Part shown: piece after piece, positions 60,204 through 64,000 of the stretch
How the letters are laid out: each line of letters starts with the position of its first letter
How positions within the stretch are numbered: the stretch's first letter is position 1
From: a virus
IMG/VR virus record: IMGVR_UViG_3300029310_000398
Span: 32,001 to 96,000 of that record
Strand: one strand, 5' to 3'
DNA: 64,000 bases
Made by a program: the position numbers and the translations under genes
Notes under the pieces: model-generated
What the model was told of the DNA's origin: nothing
Database searches by the model: none
What the model saw: the letters and a program-made list of their open reading frames with translations, nothing else

Positions 60204-60231
60204 TTGACAAAATATTGTTTTTTAGTAGTAT
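60204..60231 (+). promoter_or_regulatory. promoter TTGACAAAATAT...TAGTAGTAT
   Basis: TTGACAAAATATTGTTTTTTAGTAGTAT lies inside the transfer region, upstream of the S1-like gene. Confidence 0.65.
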
Positions 60232-60265
60232 AGAAATTAGAGACAGGCAACTTTACTTTACAAGT

Positions 60266-60283
60266 GGCCGAAATTCGGCTTTT
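60266..60283 (+). terminator. short leader hairpin + T-run (GGCCGAA-A-TTCGGCT-TTTG)
   Basis: Lies between the 60204 promoter and the 60329 start codon. A weak terminator. Confidence 0.35.
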
Positions 60284-60328
60284 GCCGGTGAAATTGCCCT
60301 CTAATACTGACGAAAGGAGAACAAGAAA

Positions 60329-61474
60329 ATGGCTACGAAGAAAAAGACCGAAGACGCGGTCGTTGCCAACGAAAATGTGGAGAAGCCCGCTTCCAAGGCA
60401 ATCTATTCCGCGAACCGTAAGGCCCATCATGCGACCAGCTCCGACGCAAAAATTGACGAAGTTATCGCCAACACCGGAAGCCGCTCTGCTGCTATCCGCG
60501 ATGCACGCCAGCGCAGCGCCGAGCGTGAGCGTGAACAGGCAATCCGCGCCAAGAAGATGACGGATTGGATGGCTATGAAAGCCACATTCAAGATGGGACG
60601 GTCGCTGAATGGCGTCGTCATTGCGACACAGAGCCGAGCTCTGCGCTCTGGCGGTTCCATTGTTTTCGCTGTTGCAACCTGCGAAAACACCGACTTTCAG
60701 GCTCTCATTCCGTTCCATGAGTTCTACCGCGAGGACCCCATCCAGCCGGATGATGGTGCCAAGGGTTCGCTGGAACGGCGGCAGGAACAGATGTTGGCAA
60801 AGCACATGGGTGCGCCCATCTCCTTTGTCATCACGGACCTCGATACGCGGACTGATGCGAACGGAAACACCACCTACGGCGTCATTGCCTCACGCCGGCA
60901 GGCCCTTGCAAAGCAGGACCAGCGCACCTTCGCAAGTGACCCTCCCTACATCGTAGAGGGTATGGTCACGGCGGCGACTATCCTCTCTGTGAGCCAGCAG
61001 GGATTGCTGGTGAATCTGGGCGGCGTTGACGTGCGGATGAGCAAGCGTGAGGTTTCCAACCGCTATATGCGGACGATGGATGATACCGACCGCCTGACTG
61101 GTAAGCCCTTCTACAGTGTCGGCGACAAGCTGGATGTGAAGGTCATGAAGGTCATTGAGCGTGAGGACGGGCTCCATGATTTGCAGTTGAGCGGTGCTCA
61201 TGCCGAGCTGCAGAACATCATTGATTTCGGCCCGCCCACAGAGCCGGGGACGACCACCATCGCTACCCTGACCCGCATCTTCCCCAGCAAGACAGATAAG
61301 TCCAAGGCGACCATCTACGCCTATAGTGACAGCTTCAATCTGCCCATCGTCATTTCCCGTTTCAGTCCGACTATGATTCGCAAGCGGATGGTTCCGGGCG
61401 ATACAATTCTGGTGCAGATTATCGCCTATCACGAGAACGGCTTTGCCTTTGCGCTGTGTAAGGGCCTCATGTAA
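60329..61474 (+). CDS. protein with S1/OB-fold-like repeats (381 aa)
   Basis: Segments such as GRSLNGVVIATQ...GGSIVFAV..., VEGMVTAATILSVSQQGLLVNLGGVDVRMSKREV and SVGDKLDVKVMKVIEREDG match the S1 pattern (G..v.G.V......G..V.l....g.l...e......G..v.vkV). Confidence 0.65.
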   Translation: MATKKKTEDAVVANENVEKPASKAIYSANRKAHHATSSDAKIDEVIANTGSRSAAIRDARQRSAEREREQAIRAKKMTDWMAMKATFKMGRSLNGVVIATQSRALRSGGSIVFAVATCENTDFQALIPFHEFYREDPIQPDDGAKGSLERRQEQMLAKHMGAPISFVITDLDTRTDANGNTTYGVIASRRQALAKQDQRTFASDPPYIVEGMVTAATILSVSQQGLLVNLGGVDVRMSKREVSNRYMRTMDDTDRLTGKPFYSVGDKLDVKVMKVIEREDGLHDLQLSGAHAELQNIIDFGPPTEPGTTTIATLTRIFPSKTDKSKATIYAYSDSFNLPIVISRFSPTMIRKRMVPGDTILVQIIAYHENGFAFALCKGLM

Positions 61475-61586
61475 CACGTGTTTCCAGCCCTGTGTATCTC
61501 TTTGAGATGCACCCACAGAACTGCAAAGAAAGGAGCTTATGGGGGTGTGTGCAGCCTGTTGCCGCACATACCCCCGATACAAAATC

Positions 61587-62537
61587 ATGAACGAAAACGA
61601 ACGCAGAACGATTTACAACATTCCCATCAATTATCAGGGCGAGAGTCGCGCAATTCGAGGAATGTTTAAGATGCGCTTCTTTGTGGAAGGTCTCGCCCTT
61701 GCCATCATTACTTTCATTGCTACAATGAAACCCTTTGGGCAAATCACGGATATGCCCCTTCGTATCACAGTGACCCTACTCGTTTGCATGGGTCCGTTTC
61801 TTTTCGGAACTATCGGTATTGGCGGTGAGCCTATTACCGTTGCCATAGCTGGCTTAGTGAAGTGGCTCAGGAGTCGCAAGGTCATGCTGTATAACAGTAA
61901 TGCGAGAGCCACCACCCGCGCTCAGGGCGATATTTTTGTGGAGCGCGAGGCGAATCGTAAGACCATCGACGACGTAACAGAGTCCGTGAAACGGAAGCTC
62001 ATGCGTAAGCCCACTACCGTCTATAAAGAGGGTGAAAACTTCGAGTTCGTCCAGAACGAATATCTCGATGATGTCTATGAACCAGACCACAACGCGGCCA
62101 TCATTGTCGGTTCCATCGACCTCGACAACGACGATGACGATGATGACTTCACGGATGAGACCGAAGATTCCGGTATCGAGGTCAATGATGAGTCTATGCC
62201 CATTGTTGTTATGGAAGGCAGCATCATCTTTGAAAAGGCAGAGAGTGACCACGATGATGACGCTTCTGAACACCATGTGGATGCCGACTTTGATTGGTTG
62301 ACACCTGACGAAAGCGAAGCCGAGGACGATGAAGAAATCGTCACAGATGCCCCTCAGCGCTCGTCTGGCGTTTCCTTTGATGATGTCGAGCCCATTCACT
62401 CCGAGCCCGTCGCAAGCGCTCAGAGCGCAGCTATCGGGCCGGACGGCCAGCCTGCAACGCCCGCCAAAAAGAAGCGGCGGCGGAAGAAGAAAAAGAACCC
62501 AAATCCTGAACAGAAGGAGGACAGCAACAATGGCTAA
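61587..62537 (+). CDS. PrgI/VirB3-like membrane protein with a very acidic C-terminal tail
   Basis: MNENERRTIYNIPINYQGESRAIRGMFKMRFFVEG followed by two TM helices. Located directly before and overlapping the VirB4 gene. The start is uncertain; ATG 61539 and GTG 61545 are alternatives. Confidence 0.6.
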   Translation: MNENERRTIYNIPINYQGESRAIRGMFKMRFFVEGLALAIITFIATMKPFGQITDMPLRITVTLLVCMGPFLFGTIGIGGEPITVAIAGLVKWLRSRKVMLYNSNARATTRAQGDIFVEREANRKTIDDVTESVKRKLMRKPTTVYKEGENFEFVQNEYLDDVYEPDHNAAIIVGSIDLDNDDDDDDFTDETEDSGIEVNDESMPIVVMEGSIIFEKAESDHDDDASEHHVDADFDWLTPDESEAEDDEEIVTDAPQRSSGVSFDDVEPIHSEPVASAQSAAIGPDGQPATPAKKKRRRKKKKNPNPEQKEDSNNG

Positions 62538-64000
62538 GAAGCTCAAGCAAATCGTCAGTACGCAGGCTTTTTCTCCTGTTTCTGATGTCAAGGGCGGCAT
62601 CGTTATCACACGCGATGGACGTTATGTGAAAATCCTTGAGTTCTCCTCCATCAACTTCTCGCTGCTTTCCACTTCAGACCAAGAAGGCGTCACAGACAGC
62701 TACGGCGCAGCGTTGAAAAACTTTCCCAATAATACGCAAATCAAAATCGTGTCCAAGCGTGCCGACGTCGAAGAATACCTTCGCAAGTTGGCTTCAGACC
62801 AGCGGAAAGAGACAAACGAAAAGTGCCGCCAGCTCCAGTATGAGCAGATGCAGCTTATTGAGATGGCTGGTGCAACGCAGGGCGTTGCACGTCGGTTCTT
62901 CGTTATTTTCTCCTTTGAACCTGACGCCGGCTCGAAGAAGAACCCGTCGTTTGACCAGATTCGCTGGTCACTGATGCAGCAGGCAGAAAACATCTCTCGG
63001 AGCCTTCTTTCCTGCGGCAACACGCTGATAAGCAACGACTCCGACGAGTGGGTACAGTCAGTGCTTTATCTCATCTTTTCCCGCAGCAAAAGCGAGACCA
63101 TGACACTCCAAAAGCGCAAGGCAGACGTCCTTGCGAACTACGCAGACACCTACTTCACAGAGATGGAAGATATGGACGAGGACTCCCTTGTTATCCCCGT
63201 CAACGACCTGATTGCTCCTGAGTACATCGACCCCAGCATCTCCCCTACCAGCATCCGCATTGATGGTCTCTACTATATGTTCTGCTACTTACCCTCTGAG
63301 GCATATCCCACGAGGGCTTACAGCGGATGGATGCAGTTGCTTATCAATCTGTTTGCCGGTGTTGACCTCGACATCTACATCAAGAAAGAAAATACAGAGG
63401 TCATGTCACGGTATCTGCAGAACTTCCTCCGCATCAACGATGGTCGTCTGTATGCGGCACGAGATACGGATATCGGCTATGAAGGAATGGCTGAGGCCAG
63501 CACCTCAGGCCGATATTTGAAGCAGGGACTTGCAAGCGGCGACGAGTTCTGCTGGCTTTCAACCCTGCTAACTATCACAGCACATTCCGAGAAGGAACTC
63601 CAGTGGAAGTGGAAGGAAATCCGTGCGCTGTGTGTCCAAAATGACATGGTCATCAAGCAGTATAAGTTCCATCAGATTGATGGTCTGCTTTCCACTCTGC
63701 CGGTCTGCCGGATGCCCGATGACCTTTACAAAAAGACTCGTCGTAATTGCCTTGCATCCGACCTTGCTGCCGGTTATCCCTTCTGTTCCTTCGAGCTTTA
63801 CGACAAGGGCGGCATCATGCTGGGTGAGAACTCCAGCAATCAATCCTTGGTGTTCATCAACCCCTTTGACCGTAACATCTACGTCAACGGAAACATGGTG
63901 TGGGTTGGAACTTCAGGCGCCGGTAAGACCTTCGCCGCGATGACGATGGCGCTCCGCCTTCGCTATCAGAACACGCAGACGTTCACCATTGCCCCGTACA
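62530..64000 (+). CDS. virB4: VirB4-family T4SS ATPase, N-terminal ~490 aa (runs off the right edge)
   Basis: Open frame from ATG 62530 to the end of the window. Walker A WVGTSGAGKTFAAM lies near the end. Overlaps the previous stop by 8 nt. Not in the ORF track because there is no stop codon. Confidence 0.9.
   Translation, partial: MAKKLKQIVSTQAFSPVSDVKGGIVITRDGRYVKILEFSSINFSLLSTSDQEGVTDSYGAALKNFPNNTQIKIVSKRADVEEYLRKLASDQRKETNEKCRQLQYEQMQLIEMAGATQGVARRFFVIFSFEPDAGSKKNPSFDQIRWSLMQQAENISRSLLSCGNTLISNDSDEWVQSVLYLIFSRSKSETMTLQKRKADVLANYADTYFTEMEDMDEDSLVIPVNDLIAPEYIDPSISPTSIRIDGLYYMFCYLPSEAYPTRAYSGWMQLLINLFAGVDLDIYIKKENTEVMSRYLQNFLRINDGRLYAARDTDIGYEGMAEASTSGRYLKQGLASGDEFCWLSTLLTITAHSEKELQWKWKEIRALCVQNDMVIKQYKFHQIDGLLSTLPVCRMPDDLYKKTRRNCLASDLAAGYPFCSFELYDKGGIMLGENSSNQSLVFINPFDRNIYVNGNMVWVGTSGAGKTFAAMTMALRLRYQNTQTFTIAPY

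Overview
This 64 kb window (by eye about 55% GC) looks Gram-positive and Clostridia-like: GGAGG-type RBSs, TTGACA/TAnnAT promoters and sortase-type sorting signals. Most of it reads as the interior of a large conjugative element or plasmid. From left to right: (1) An accessory block at 1-5.4 kb holds an HD-domain fusion protein and a minus-strand operon of three small Cys-rich or unknown proteins plus a 725-aa coiled-coil protein. (2) A housekeeping-looking islet at 5.8-8.2 kb carries tRNA-Ser(UGA), a flotillin and a secreted non-specific nuclease. (3) An envelope and regulatory block at 8.3-16.2 kb carries small membrane proteins, a SAF-like bitopic protein, a lipoprotein, an HTH protein, a YdjM-type hydrolase behind a GAAC-N4-GTTC SOS-like box, and topoisomerase III. 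(4) An AT-rich two-gene cassette of unknown function sits at 17.6-19.8 kb. (5) Two paralogous giant sortase-anchored adhesins (1876 aa and about 3790 aa) occupy 20.5-39.3 kb with a lipoprotein between them; each combines a thioester domain, Cna-B repeats and Thr-Gln ester-bond/VaFE repeats. (6) parA-parB, a vWA surface protein and winged-helix Rep-like genes lie at 39.5-46.9 kb. (7) A plus-strand transfer region runs from 47.6 kb to the right edge: a Q-rich protein, a Rad52-like protein, a Zn-finger/TOPRIM primase, two VirB2-like proteins, VirB6-like, a CHAP+lysozyme hydrolase, the VirD4 coupling protein, an S1-like protein, PrgI/VirB3-like and a truncated VirB4. No relaxase, integrase, sortase, rRNA or CRISPR array is visible. 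The most unusual non-coding signals are: a structured minus-strand element present in 4 copies with compensatory base changes; a perfect 23-29 nt palindrome present 7 times at gene boundaries; two families of near-identical promoters; and leaders that contain intrinsic terminators. All functional calls come from motif recognition by eye. No database search was possible, so family names are hypotheses to confirm.
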